This document shows, in pieces, positions 24,545 through 35,994 of a DNA stretch of 64,000 nt (within the stretch, counting starts at the first letter, position 1; the number at the start of each line of letters is the position of its first letter). The position numbers and the translations under genes are program-made. The notes below the pieces were generated by a model. The model was not told the origin of the DNA, did no database searches, and was given only the letters and a program-made list of their open reading frames with translations. The DNA comes from a plasmid. Location: the sequence record OW969666.1; one strand, given 5' to 3'.

Positions 24545-27144
24545 TGAGAGCTGCCACCGCTACGAAGCCAAAAAAAATTGATGCCTACCGTAAGGAGCCA
24601 TCAGTAAATAAAAAGTATTTGCCCTATTCTTATCACCTCAATGATTACGTGATTTCGATGGAAAACGGCGATCTGATGGCTTTTTTCAAGCTGGATGGCC
24701 GCACACATGACTGCGCATCAGATCGGGAACTGGTCACCTGGCATAAAGACCTTAATACGCTGGTCAAGAGCTTCGGAACAGACCATGTAGAGCTGTGGAC
24801 GCATGAATATCACCATGAGGCTAAAGAGTACCCGGATGGTGAGTATGACCATTTTTTCCCTGCTTATGTTGATCAATATAACCGTAAGCTGCACGGTGAT
24901 TCCAAGCAGCTGATTAATGACCTTTATCTGACCGTTATTTACAAACAGGTAGGGGATAAAACACAGAAGTTTCTGGCGAAATTTGAAAAGCCGACTCGTG
25001 ACGAAATTCAGCAAATGCAGAATGAGGCGCTTGAAGGTCTGGAAGATATTTCTGAACAAATCCTGGAAGCAATGAAGCCGTATGGCATTCAGCAGTTGGG
25101 TATCTATTATCGTGACAAACGCGGTGTTGAAATTCCTGCGCCTGATAAAAAAGAACGTGAAGAACTTGCTGAAGTCGATGAATCAGACATTTTTGACGAA
25201 GCCATTGTTATCGAACGCAACGAGCCTGAACCTTCGCAGGCTCACGCTTATTCAAAAGCGCTGGAGTTCCTTTATTTCCTCGCAAATATGGAATGGGCCA
25301 TCGTGCCTGTTTGCCGTGATCGTATCCGTGAGTACATCATGGACAACCGCCCTGTTAGCTCCCTGTGGGGGGATGTTGTCCAGATCAGAACGGTAGATCA
25401 CAACTTCTATACCACCGGCATTGAATTTCGTGAATACGAAGAAGATACAGAGCCAGGCCAGCTTAACATGCTTAAAGAAGCCGATTTTGAATACCTTCTG
25501 ACGCAGAGTTTTTCTTGCCTCTCTGAATCTTCAGCTAAAACGTTTCTGACGCATCAGGAAAAATCTTTGCAGGAAACGCGCGACCGTGCGCAAAGCCAGC
25601 TGGCACAGCTTGGTACTGCGCTCGATATGCTGACGTCCAGAGAGTTCGTGATGGGCTACCATCATGGAACCGTGCATGTCTGGGATAATGACCAAAACGC
25701 GGTACAGCGCAAAGCGCGTCGTGTGAAGGTTATGCTAACCGGCTGTGGCGTGGTTGGCGGGACTATCAGCCTGGCCTCTGAGGCTGCATATTATGCGAGA
25801 CTGCCTGGCAACCAGAAATGGGCGCCGCGCCCGGTTCCGATAAACTCATGGAACTTCCTGCACTTCAGCCCGTTCCACAATTTTATGCGTGGCAAGCCTG
25901 ACAATAACCCGTGGGGGCCAGCGCTGACCATGTTCCGCACGATCAGCGGTACGCCACTCTATTTTAATTTCCATGTGACCCCGCTTGAAGAACTTTCCTA
26001 CGGTAAACGCCCGCTGGGCCATGCGTTAATAACGGGTATGTCGGGGGAAGGTAAAACCACGCTGCTTAACTTCCTGCTGGCGCAGTCAATGAAGTACAAC
26101 CCGCGGCTTTTTGTTTATGACCGTGACCGCGGTATGGAGCCGTTCATTCGAAGCGTTGGTGGCTACTATAAAGTTCTGCAACAGGGTATGCCGTCCGGGT
26201 TTGCCCCGCTTCAGATTGAACCGACCAAACGCAATATTGCCCTCATTAAAAACCTGTTCCGCATTTGTGTGGAAACCACCAATAACGGGCCTATCAGCGC
26301 AACGATGGCTACCGAACTGGCTGAAGGCGTTGATGCGGTTATGGGGGAAGGCTCACTTATTCCACGCGAGGCGCGCACCGTTACTATCCTGGACGGGTAC
26401 GTGAATGAAGTTGTGGAAAATGGCGTATCACTGAAAGGGCTGCTGCGCGAATGGACGCGCGAAGGCCAGTATGGCTGGCTGTTTGACAATGATAAAGACA
26501 GCCTGGATCTCAGCGCGAATGATATTTTTGGCTTCGATTTATCCGAGTTTATCGCAGCCAAAGAGGAAGTATCCAGCCCGGCCCGTACTCCGCTCATGAT
26601 GTACCTTCTGTACCGGGTACGTGACTCCATCGACGGCAAACGCCGCGTCATTCAGTGCTTTGACGAGTTCCACGCCTACCTTGACGATCCGGTTATCGAG
26701 CGTGAAGTTAAGCGTGGTATCAAAACTGACCGTAAGAAAGACGCTATCTATGTGTTTGCCACGCAGGAGCCGAACGATGCGCTGTCCAGCCGTATTGGCC
26801 GCACGATCATGTCGCAGACCGTCACAAAAATCTGCCTGCGCGATCCGGAAGCTATCCGAGAGGATTATGCCTTCCTTACTGATGCTGAATACGACGCGCT
26901 GATGTCGATTACCGAACACTCCAGACAGTTCCTGGTTAAACAAGGGCAACAGTCTGCGATTGCTTCTTTCAATCTCTACCCTCGCAACAGCGACGATATT
27001 GATGCAGATATTAAGACAATGGACAACGTTCTTAGCGTGTTGTCCGGTGAACCACAAAACGCCGAAATTGCGCATGAGCTGGTTGAACGGCTCGGTAATG
27101 ACCCTGAAGTATGGCTCAAAGAATACTGGCGCCTGACGGCTTAA
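24544..27144 (+). CDS. VirB4-like T4SS ATPase (TraB-like)
   Basis: The 866-aa product carries a Walker A motif (GMSGEGKTT). The virB cluster ends 13 bp before IS26, so the rest of the T4SS is absent. Confidence 0.85.
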   Translation: MRAATATKPKKIDAYRKEPSVNKKYLPYSYHLNDYVISMENGDLMAFFKLDGRTHDCASDRELVTWHKDLNTLVKSFGTDHVELWTHEYHHEAKEYPDGEYDHFFPAYVDQYNRKLHGDSKQLINDLYLTVIYKQVGDKTQKFLAKFEKPTRDEIQQMQNEALEGLEDISEQILEAMKPYGIQQLGIYYRDKRGVEIPAPDKKEREELAEVDESDIFDEAIVIERNEPEPSQAHAYSKALEFLYFLANMEWAIVPVCRDRIREYIMDNRPVSSLWGDVVQIRTVDHNFYTTGIEFREYEEDTEPGQLNMLKEADFEYLLTQSFSCLSESSAKTFLTHQEKSLQETRDRAQSQLAQLGTALDMLTSREFVMGYHHGTVHVWDNDQNAVQRKARRVKVMLTGCGVVGGTISLASEAAYYARLPGNQKWAPRPVPINSWNFLHFSPFHNFMRGKPDNNPWGPALTMFRTISGTPLYFNFHVTPLEELSYGKRPLGHALITGMSGEGKTTLLNFLLAQSMKYNPRLFVYDRDRGMEPFIRSVGGYYKVLQQGMPSGFAPLQIEPTKRNIALIKNLFRICVETTNNGPISATMATELAEGVDAVMGEGSLIPREARTVTILDGYVNEVVENGVSLKGLLREWTREGQYGWLFDNDKDSLDLSANDIFGFDLSEFIAAKEEVSSPARTPLMMYLLYRVRDSIDGKRRVIQCFDEFHAYLDDPVIEREVKRGIKTDRKKDAIYVFATQEPNDALSSRIGRTIMSQTVTKICLRDPEAIREDYAFLTDAEYDALMSITEHSRQFLVKQGQQSAIASFNLYPRNSDDIDADIKTMDNVLSVLSGEPQNAEIAHELVERLGNDPEVWLKEYWRLTA

Positions 27145-27157
27145 CAACGAGGCAAAA

Positions 27158-27977
27158 GGCACTGTTGCAAATAGTCGGTGGTGATAAACTTATCATCCCC
27201 TTTTGCTGATGGAGCTGCACATGAACCCATTCAAAGGCCGGCATTTTCAGCGTGACATCATTCTGTGGGCCGTACGCTGGTACTGCAAATACGGCATCAG
27301 TTACCGTGAGCTGCAGGAGATGCTGGCTGAACGCGGAGTGAATGTCGATCACTCCACGATTTACCGCTGGGTTCAGCGTTATGCGCCTGAAATGGAAAAA
27401 CGGCTGCGCTGGTACTGGCGTAACCCTTCCGATCTTTGCCCGTGGCACATGGATGAAACCTACGTGAAGGTCAATGGCCGCTGGGCGTATCTGTACCGGG
27501 CCGTCGACAGCCGGGGCCGCACTGTCGATTTTTATCTCTCCTCCCGTCGTAACAGCAAAGCTGCATACCGGTTTCTGGGTAAAATCCTCAACAACGTGAA
27601 GAAGTGGCAGATCCCGCGATTCATCAACACGGATAAAGCGCCCGCCTATGGTCGCGCGCTTGCTCTGCTCAAACGCGAAGGCCGGTGCCCGTCTGACGTT
27701 GAACACCGACAGATTAAGTACCGGAACAACGTGATTGAATGCGATCATGGCAAACTGAAACGGATAATCGGCGCCACGCTGGGATTTAAATCCATGAAGA
27801 CGGCTTACGCCACCATCAAAGGTATTGAGGTGATGCGTGCACTACGCAAAGGCCAGGCCTCAGCATTTTATTATGGTGATCCCCTGGGCGAAATGCGCCT
27901 GGTAAGCAGAGTTTTTGAAATGTAAGGCCTTTGAATAAGACAAAAGGCTGCCTCATCGCTAACTTTGCAACAGTGCC
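27158..27977 (+). mobile_element. tnp26: IS26 copy 3
   Basis: The sequence is identical to the other copies. The transposase ORF is at 27203-27925. Confidence 0.97.
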
Positions 27978-28343
27978 GTTCCAAGACTACCTCTTATTTT
28001 AAGAGAGTCGAAGTGTCTGGTGATCTATGGGGCCAGTCTAGCCCTCTTCCAAGTGTAGGGAGATATAGTCAAAGTTTGCTTCTCCGCCGATGAGTCCGCC
28101 CTGCGTCGGATAGTCCGATTTTTTACCGGCGAAGCACGGCTCTCCTAACCCTATCTAAAGCGAATAACTTTTTTCAACAGGGCCGCGTGCCAATGCAAGA
28201 GCGATAGGCGCTCTACGCGCCAATTTGACCACTTAAAACAGGTAAATTGAGGGGTTGTAATGTGTTGATGTAACAGGCTTTTATTTTAATGTCTTGGCAT
28301 ATGTATAATGGTAGTCTAGCCCTCCTTTCAACAAGGAGTACTC

Positions 28344-29000
28344 ATGGAAACCTACAATCATACATATCGGCACCACAACTTTTCACATAAAGACTTAAGT
28401 GATCTCACCTTCACCGCTTGCACATTCATTCGCAGCGACTTTCGACGTGCTAACTTGCGTGATACGACATTCGTCAACTGCAAGTTCATTGAACAGGGTG
28501 ATATCGAAGGCTGCCACTTTGATGTCGCAGATCTTCGTGATGCAAGTTTCCAACAATGCCAACTTGCGATGGCAAACTTCAGTAATGCCAATTGCTACGG
28601 TATAGAGTTCCGTGCGTGTGATTTAAAAGGTGCCAACTTTTCCCGAACAAACTTTGCCCATCAAGTGAGTAATCGTATGTACTTTTGCTCAGCATTTATT
28701 TCTGGATGTAATCTTTCCTATGCCAATATGGAGAGGGTTTGTTTAGAAAAATGTGAGTTGTTTGAAAATCGCTGGATAGGAACGAACCTAGCGGGTGCAT
28801 CACTGAAAGAGTCAGACTTAAGTCGAGGTGTTTTTTCCGAAGATGTCTGGGGGCAATTTAGCCTACAGGGTGCCAATTTATGCCACGCCGAACTCGACGG
28901 TTTAGATCCCCGCAAAGTCGATACATCAGGTATCAAAATTGCAGCCTGGCAGCAAGAACTGATTCTCGAAGCACTGGGTATTGTTGTTTATCCTGACTAA
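28344..29000 (+). CDS. qnrS1: quinolone resistance pentapeptide-repeat protein QnrS1
   Basis: The 218-aa product (METYNHTYRHHNFSHKDLSDLTFTACTFIRSDFRRANLRDTTFVNCKFIEQGD...) is recognised as QnrS1. Confidence 0.92.
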   Translation: METYNHTYRHHNFSHKDLSDLTFTACTFIRSDFRRANLRDTTFVNCKFIEQGDIEGCHFDVADLRDASFQQCQLAMANFSNANCYGIEFRACDLKGANFSRTNFAHQVSNRMYFCSAFISGCNLSYANMERVCLEKCELFENRWIGTNLAGASLKESDLSRGVFSEDVWGQFSLQGANLCHAELDGLDPRKVDTSGIKIAAWQQELILEALGIVVYPD

Positions 29001-29318
29001 TTGCTTTGATGTGTGATTTTAAACGCTCAAATTTATAAAACGAATAATATTGTCAACCTTGCAATAATAGACATAGGGACAACCATGTATAAATTTTTAC
29101 CCTCAGGCGTCTTCACAATAGAGCCATATAGCAGTGGGTCACTTAGTGGGCTTAATTTTTCCATTAAAGATAATATTAATATTGCTCAGTATAAAACATC
29201 ATATGGTAGCCCATCTTGGCAAGTAAACATAAGGCTGCCATTTATAAGGCACTGTTGCAAAAATGTGGAGGTGATAGGGGTACTACGCCGGAACCCCAGA
29301 TTTTTCCGTCCGTTCAAA

Positions 29319-29693
29319 TTATCCACGGTTGAACAGCTTGATCCCGTCCGCCCGCAGTTGACCAACAGGGGAAATATGCCTGTACAAAGTTTGCCGGGTT
29401 ATCCCAAGTTCCTGGCATAGCGTACTGACCTTTGTTTCTGATTGTCCCATTGATGCCATTGCCAGTCGCAGTTTGACTGGCGTCATTTTATAAGGTCGGC
29501 CGCCGTTCCGCCCACGGGCTCTTGCTGATGCCAGACCTGCAGTCGTTCTTTCAGCAATCAGTTCGCGCTCAAACTCCGCCAGTGCGGCAAAGATACCGAA
29601 GACAAGCTTGCCAGCGGCCGTTGTTGTGTCGATAGTCGCCCCGTGACCGGTCAGCACTTTCAGACCGGTCCCCCTCGCGGTCAGGTCGTGCAC
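29319..29693 (-). pseudogene. tnpR: serine resolvase fragment lacking the catalytic N-terminus
   Basis: Only the C-terminal half of a resolvase, including the HTH (ELGITRQTLYRHI), is present. Confidence 0.7.
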
Positions 29694-29735
29694 TGTATTA
29701 ATGGGGAGCCCGCAGAATTCGGAAAAAATCGTACG

Positions 29736-31252
29736 CTAAGGTTTTCCGGGCATCCGTAAGGGCCGAAACTTCCCGTCTTCCAGTCTGCGGCTCTGCCGCC
29801 AGACGTAATCGCCGGTTAGGTTGATGTGCTCCCAGCCCAGCGGCGACAGGAATTGCAGCAGCTCGCCGTCCACCGGCTTGCCGGCCTCGACCAACCCCTG
29901 GGTGGCGCGTTCCAGGTACACCGTGTTCCACAGCACGATAGCCGCCGTCACCAGGTTGAGGCCGCTGGCCCGGTAGCGCTGCTGCTCGAAGCTCCGATCC
30001 CTGATTTCCCCAAGGCGGTTGAAGAACACCGCCCTGGCCAGCGAGTTGCGCGCCTCACCTTTGTTCAGGCCGGCATGCACGCGGCGGCGCAGTTCAACAC
30101 TTTGCAGCCAGTCCAGGATGAACAGCGTGCGCTCGATCCGGCCCAGCTCGCGCAGGGCCACGGCCAGTCCGTTCTGGCGCGGGTAGCTGCCGAGCTTGCG
30201 CAGCATCAGCGAGGCGGTGACGGTGCCCTGCTTGATCGAGCTGGCCAGGCGCAGGATGTCGTCCCAGTGGGCACGCACGTGCTTGATGTTCAGGGTGCCG
30301 CCGATCAGCGGGCGCAACGTCGGGTAGGCTTGCACGCCCTGCGGCACGTACAGCTTGGTTTCGCCGAGGTCGCGGATGCGCGGCGCGAAGCGGAAGCCTA
30401 GCAGGTGCATCAGGGCAAAGACGTGATCGGTGAAGCCGGCCGTGTCGGTGTAGTGCTCCTCGATCCGCAGGTCGGACTCGTGGTACAGCAGGCCGTCGAG
30501 CACATAGGTGGAATCGCGGACGCCGACATTCACCACGCGGGTGCTGAACGGCGCGTACTGGTCGGAGATATGGGTATAGAACAGCCGTCCCGGCTCGCTA
30601 CCGTACTTCGGGTTGACGTGCCCGGTGCTCTCGCCCCGGCCACCCGCGCGGAAGCGCTGGCCATCGGAGGATGAGGTCGTGCCGTCGCCCCAGTGGGCGG
30701 CAAAGGCGTGGCGATACTGGTGGTTGACCAGCTCGGCCAAGGCCGCCGAATAGGTTTCGTCGCGGATGTGCCAGGCTTGCAGCCAGGACAGCTTGGCGTA
30801 GGTCAGGCCGGGGCTCGACTCGGCCATCTTGGTCAGCCCGAGGTTGATCGCATCACCGAGGATTGCGGACAGCAGCAACGTCCTGTCTTTGGCCTCGGCC
30901 CCGTCCTTCAAGTGGGTGAAGTGGCGGCTGAAGCCCGTCCAGTCGTCCACGTCCATCAGCAGTTCGGTGATCTTGATGCGCGGCAGTAACTGGCTGGTTT
31001 GGTCGATCAGCGCCTGCGCCCGATCCGGCACCGCCGCATCCAGCGGGGTGATTTTCAGCCCTGACTCGGTGAGGATGGCATCGGGCAGCTCGTTGTCCTT
31101 GGCCAGGCGGGTGACGGTGGCCAACTGCTCGTCCAGCAGCTGCAAACGCTCTTCCAGGTACTGGTCGCTGTTCGGGTTGATCGCCAGGGGCAGGGCCTGC
31201 TCGCGCTTGAGTGCGGCGAACTTCTCGGCCGGCAGCAGGTAGTCGTCGAAGT
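29736..31252 (-). pseudogene. tnpA: Tn3-family (Tn21-subfamily-like) transposase 3' half, 5'-truncated by IS26
   Basis: The C-terminal ~505 aa of a Tn3-family TnpA (...[30 protein letters not shown]...) abuts the IS26 IR. The ORF-track N-terminus ([10 protein letters not shown]...) is read-through from IS26. Confidence 0.85.
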
Positions 31253-32072
31253 GGCACTGTTGCAAATAGTCGGTGGTGATAAACTTATCATCCCCTTTTG
31301 CTGATGGAGCTGCACATGAACCCATTCAAAGGCCGGCATTTTCAGCGTGACATCATTCTGTGGGCCGTACGCTGGTACTGCAAATACGGCATCAGTTACC
31401 GTGAGCTGCAGGAGATGCTGGCTGAACGCGGAGTGAATGTCGATCACTCCACGATTTACCGCTGGGTTCAGCGTTATGCGCCTGAAATGGAAAAACGGCT
31501 GCGCTGGTACTGGCGTAACCCTTCCGATCTTTGCCCGTGGCACATGGATGAAACCTACGTGAAGGTCAATGGCCGCTGGGCGTATCTGTACCGGGCCGTC
31601 GACAGCCGGGGCCGCACTGTCGATTTTTATCTCTCCTCCCGTCGTAACAGCAAAGCTGCATACCGGTTTCTGGGTAAAATCCTCAACAACGTGAAGAAGT
31701 GGCAGATCCCGCGATTCATCAACACGGATAAAGCGCCCGCCTATGGTCGCGCGCTTGCTCTGCTCAAACGCGAAGGCCGGTGCCCGTCTGACGTTGAACA
31801 CCGACAGATTAAGTACCGGAACAACGTGATTGAATGCGATCATGGCAAACTGAAACGGATAATCGGCGCCACGCTGGGATTTAAATCCATGAAGACGGCT
31901 TACGCCACCATCAAAGGTATTGAGGTGATGCGTGCACTACGCAAAGGCCAGGCCTCAGCATTTTATTATGGTGATCCCCTGGGCGAAATGCGCCTGGTAA
32001 GCAGAGTTTTTGAAATGTAAGGCCTTTGAATAAGACAAAAGGCTGCCTCATCGCTAACTTTGCAACAGTGCC
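31253..32072 (+). mobile_element. tnp26: IS26 copy 4
   Basis: The transposase ORF is at 31298-32020. Confidence 0.97.
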
Positions 32073-32118
32073 TTTAAGCGTGCATAATAAGCCCTACACA
32101 AATTGGGAGTTAGACATC

Positions 32119-32718
32119 ATGAGCAACGCAAAAACAAAGTTAGGCATCACAAAGTACAGCATCGTGACCAACAGCAACGATTCCGTCACACTGCGCCTCA
32201 TGACTGAGCATGACCTTGCGATGCTCTATGAGTGGCTAAATCGATCTCATATCGTCGAGTGGTGGGGCGGAGAAGAAGCACGCCCGACACTTGCTGACGT
32301 ACAGGAACAGTACTTGCCAAGCGTTTTAGCGCAAGAGTCCGTCACTCCATACATTGCAATGCTGAATGGAGAGCCGATTGGGTATGCCCAGTCGTACGTT
32401 GCTCTTGGAAGCGGGGACGGACGGTGGGAAGAAGAAACCGATCCAGGAGTACGCGGAATAGACCAGTTACTGGCGAATGCATCACAACTGGGCAAAGGCT
32501 TGGGAACCAAGCTGGTTCGAGCTCTGGTTGAGTTGCTGTTCAATGATCCCGAGGTCACCAAGATCCAAACGGACCCGTCGCCGAGCAACTTGCGAGCGAT
32601 CCGATGCTACGAGAAAGCGGGGTTTGAGAGGCAAGGTACCGTAACCACCCCATATGGTCCAGCCGTGTACATGGTTCAAACACGCCAGGCATTCGAGCGA
32701 ACACGCAGTGATGCCTAA
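32119..32718 (+). CDS. aac(6')-Ib-cr: aminoglycoside 6'-N-acetyltransferase Ib-cr (aminoglycoside/fluoroquinolone)
   Basis: The AAC(6')-Ib sequence carries both cr substitutions, GDGRWEEE (Trp to Arg) and TTPYGPAV (Asp to Tyr). The start [14 protein letters not shown] is 46 bp from the IS26 end. Confidence 0.9.
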   Translation: MSNAKTKLGITKYSIVTNSNDSVTLRLMTEHDLAMLYEWLNRSHIVEWWGGEEARPTLADVQEQYLPSVLAQESVTPYIAMLNGEPIGYAQSYVALGSGDGRWEEETDPGVRGIDQLLANASQLGKGLGTKLVRALVELLFNDPEVTKIQTDPSPSNLRAIRCYEKAGFERQGTVTTPYGPAVYMVQTRQAFERTRSDA

Positions 32719-32781
32719 CCCTTCCATCGAGGGGGACGTCCAAGGGCTGGCGCCCTTGGCCGCCCCTCATGTCAAACGTTG
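32710..32781 (+). other. attC of the aac(6')-Ib cassette (approximate)
   Basis: An imperfect inverted repeat (GCCTAACCCTTCC...GTTGGGC) lies between the two cassettes. Confidence 0.5.
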
Positions 32782-32848
32782 GGCGAACCCGGAGCCTCAT
32801 TAATTGTTAGCCGTTAAAATTAAGCCCTTTACCAAACCAATACTTATT

Positions 32849-33679
32849 ATGAAAAACACAATACATATCAACTTCGCTATTTTTTTAATAATTGCAAATA
32901 TTATCTACAGCAGCGCCAGTGCATCAACAGATATCTCTACTGTTGCATCTCCATTATTTGAAGGAACTGAAGGTTGTTTTTTACTTTACGATGCATCCAC
33001 AAACGCTGAAATTGCTCAATTCAATAAAGCAAAGTGTGCAACGCAAATGGCACCAGATTCAACTTTCAAGATCGCATTATCACTTATGGCATTTGATGCG
33101 GAAATAATAGATCAGAAAACCATATTCAAATGGGATAAAACCCCCAAAGGAATGGAGATCTGGAACAGCAATCATACACCAAAGACGTGGATGCAATTTT
33201 CTGTTGTTTGGGTTTCGCAAGAAATAACCCAAAAAATTGGATTAAATAAAATCAAGAATTATCTCAAAGATTTTGATTATGGAAATCAAGACTTCTCTGG
33301 AGATAAAGAAAGAAACAACGGATTAACAGAAGCATGGCTCGAAAGTAGCTTAAAAATTTCACCAGAAGAACAAATTCAATTCCTGCGTAAAATTATTAAT
33401 CACAATCTCCCAGTTAAAAACTCAGCCATAGAAAACACCATAGAGAACATGTATCTACAAGATCTGGATAATAGTACAAAACTGTATGGGAAAACTGGTG
33501 CAGGATTCACAGCAAATAGAACCTTACAAAACGGATGGTTTGAAGGGTTTATTATAAGCAAATCAGGACATAAATATGTTTTTGTGTCCGCACTTACAGG
33601 AAACTTGGGGTCGAATTTAACATCAAGCATAAAAGCCAAGAAAAATGCGATCACCATTCTAAACACACTAAATTTATAA
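32849..33679 (+). CDS. blaOXA-1: class D beta-lactamase OXA-1
   Basis: The 276-aa product (MKNTIHINFAIFLIIANIIYSSASASTDISTVASPLFEGTEGCFLLYDAS...) has the STFK active site. Confidence 0.93.
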   Translation: MKNTIHINFAIFLIIANIIYSSASASTDISTVASPLFEGTEGCFLLYDASTNAEIAQFNKAKCATQMAPDSTFKIALSLMAFDAEIIDQKTIFKWDKTPKGMEIWNSNHTPKTWMQFSVVWVSQEITQKIGLNKIKNYLKDFDYGNQDFSGDKERNNGLTEAWLESSLKISPEEQIQFLRKIINHNLPVKNSAIENTIENMYLQDLDNSTKLYGKTGAGFTANRTLQNGWFEGFIISKSGHKYVFVSALTGNLGSNLTSSIKAKKNAITILNTLNL

Positions 33680-33816
33680 AAAATCTAATGGCAAAATCGC
33701 CCAACCCTTCAATCAAGTCGGGACGGCCAAAAGCAAGCTTTTGGCTCCCCTCGCTGGCGCTCGGCGCCCCTTATTTCAAACGTTAGACGGCAAAGTCACA
33801 GACCGCGGGATCTCTT

Positions 33817-34258
33817 ATGACCAACTACTTTGATAGCCCCTTCAAAGGCAAGCTGCTTTCTGAGCAAGTGAAGAACCCCAATATCAAAGTTGGGCGGTAC
33901 AGCTATTACTCTGGCTACTATCATGGGCACTCATTCGATGACTGCGCACGGTATCTGTTTCCGGACCGTGATGACGTTGATAAGTTGATCATCGGTAGTT
34001 TCTGCTCTATCGGGAGTGGGGCTTCCTTTATCATGGCTGGCAATCAGGGGCATCGGTACGACTGGGCATCATCTTTCCCGTTCTTTTATATGCAGGAAGA
34101 ACCTGCATTCTCAAGCGCACTCGATGCCTTCCAAAAAGCAGGTAATACTGTCATTGGCAATGACGTTTGGATCGGCTCTGAGGCAATGGTCATGCCCGGA
34201 ATCAAGATCGGGCACGGTGCGGTGATAGGCAGCCGCTCGTTGGTGACAAAAGATGTGG
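33817..34258 (+). pseudogene. catB3: chloramphenicol acetyltransferase CatB3, 3'-truncated by IS26
   Basis: The N-terminus [30 protein letters not shown] is followed by 147 native residues and then IS26 read-through ([10 protein letters not shown]). Confidence 0.9.
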
Positions 34259-35078
34259 GGCACTGTTGCAAAGTTAGCGATGAGGCAGCCTTTTGTCTTA
34301 TTCAAAGGCCTTACATTTCAAAAACTCTGCTTACCAGGCGCATTTCGCCCAGGGGATCACCATAATAAAATGCTGAGGCCTGGCCTTTGCGTAGTGCACG
34401 CATCACCTCAATACCTTTGATGGTGGCGTAAGCCGTCTTCATGGATTTAAATCCCAGCGTGGCGCCGATTATCCGTTTCAGTTTGCCATGATCGCATTCA
34501 ATCACGTTGTTCCGGTACTTAATCTGTCGGTGTTCAACGTCAGACGGGCACCGGCCTTCGCGTTTGAGCAGAGCAAGCGCGCGACCATAGGCGGGCGCTT
34601 TATCCGTGTTGATGAATCGCGGGATCTGCCACTTCTTCACGTTGTTGAGGATTTTACCCAGAAACCGGTATGCAGCTTTGCTGTTACGACGGGAGGAGAG
34701 ATAAAAATCGACAGTGCGGCCCCGGCTGTCGACGGCCCGGTACAGATACGCCCAGCGGCCATTGACCTTCACGTAGGTTTCATCCATGTGCCACGGGCAA
34801 AGATCGGAAGGGTTACGCCAGTACCAGCGCAGCCGTTTTTCCATTTCAGGCGCATAACGCTGAACCCAGCGGTAAATCGTGGAGTGATCGACATTCACTC
34901 CGCGTTCAGCCAGCATCTCCTGCAGCTCACGGTAACTGATGCCGTATTTGCAGTACCAGCGTACGGCCCACAGAATGATGTCACGCTGAAAATGCCGGCC
35001 TTTGAATGGGTTCATGTGCAGCTCCATCAGCAAAAGGGGATGATAAGTTTATCACCACCGACTATTTGCAACAGTGCC
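34259..35078 (-). mobile_element. tnp26: IS26 copy 5
   Basis: The transposase ORF is at 34311-35033. Confidence 0.97.
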
Positions 35079-35121
35079 TCTCGATAGGTATAGTGTTTTG
35101 CAGTTTAGAGGAGATATCGCG

Positions 35122-35982
35122 ATGCATACGCGGAAGGCAATAACGGAGGCAATTCGAAAATTAGGAGTCCAAACCGGTGACCTGTTGATGGTGCATGCCT
35201 CACTTAAAGCGATTGGTCCGGTCGAAGGAGGAGCGGAGACGGTCGTTGCCGCGTTACGCTCCGCGGTTGGGCCGACTGGCACTGTGATGGGATACGCGTC
35301 GTGGGACCGATCACCCTACGAGGAGACTCTGAATGGCGCTCGGTTGGATGACAAAGCCCGCCGTACCTGGCCGCCGTTCGATCCCGCAACGGCCGGGACT
35401 TACCGTGGGTTCGGCCTGCTGAATCAATTTCTGGTTCAAGCCCCCGGCGCGCGGCGCAGCGCGCACCCCGATGCATCGATGGTCGCGGTTGGTCCGCTAG
35501 CTGAAACGCTGACGGAGCCTCACGAACTCGGTCACGCCTTGGGGGAAGGGTCGCCCGTCGAGCGGTTCGTCCGCCTTGGCGGGAAGGCCCTGCTGTTGGG
35601 TGCGCCGCTAAACTCCGTTACCGCATTGCACTACGCCGAGGCGGTTGCGGATATCCCCAACAAACGATGGGTGACGTATGAGATGCCGATGCTTGGAAGA
35701 AACGGTGAAGTCGCCTGGAAAACGGCATCAGAATACGATTCAAACGGCATTCTCGATTGCTTTGCTATCGAAGGAAAGCCGGATGCGGTCGAAACTATAG
35801 CAAATGCTTACGTGAAGCTCGGTCGCCATCGAGAAGGTGTCGTGGGCTTTGCTCAGTGCTACCTGTTCGACGCGCAGGACATCGTGACGTTCGGCGTCAC
35901 CTATCTTGAGAAGCACTTCGGAGCCACTCCGATCGTGCCAGCACACGAAGCCGCCCAGCGCTCTTGCGAGCCTTCCGGTTAG
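35122..35982 (+). CDS. aac(3)-II: aminoglycoside 3-N-acetyltransferase AAC(3)-II (IIa/IIe-like)
   Basis: The 286-aa product (MHTRKAITEAIRKLGVQTGDLLMVHASLKAIGPVEGGAETVVAAL...) is recognised as AAC(3)-II. Confidence 0.9.
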   Translation: MHTRKAITEAIRKLGVQTGDLLMVHASLKAIGPVEGGAETVVAALRSAVGPTGTVMGYASWDRSPYEETLNGARLDDKARRTWPPFDPATAGTYRGFGLLNQFLVQAPGARRSAHPDASMVAVGPLAETLTEPHELGHALGEGSPVERFVRLGGKALLLGAPLNSVTALHYAEAVADIPNKRWVTYEMPMLGRNGEVAWKTASEYDSNGILDCFAIEGKPDAVETIANAYVKLGRHREGVVGFAQCYLFDAQDIVTFGVTYLEKHFGATPIVPAHEAAQRSCEPSG

Positions 35983-35994
35983 AGGCCGTCGACA

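Noticed and set aside
29013-29420. A 135-aa ORF downstream of qnrS1.
   Set aside because: It overlaps the resolvase fragment on the opposite strand and has no ribosome-binding site. It is probably spurious.
29826-31242. Multiple Arg/Pro/Gly-rich ORFs inside the Tn21-family tnpA fragments, at 29826-31242 and 52021-53437.
   Set aside because: They are high-GC alternative frames of tnpA and are not independent genes.
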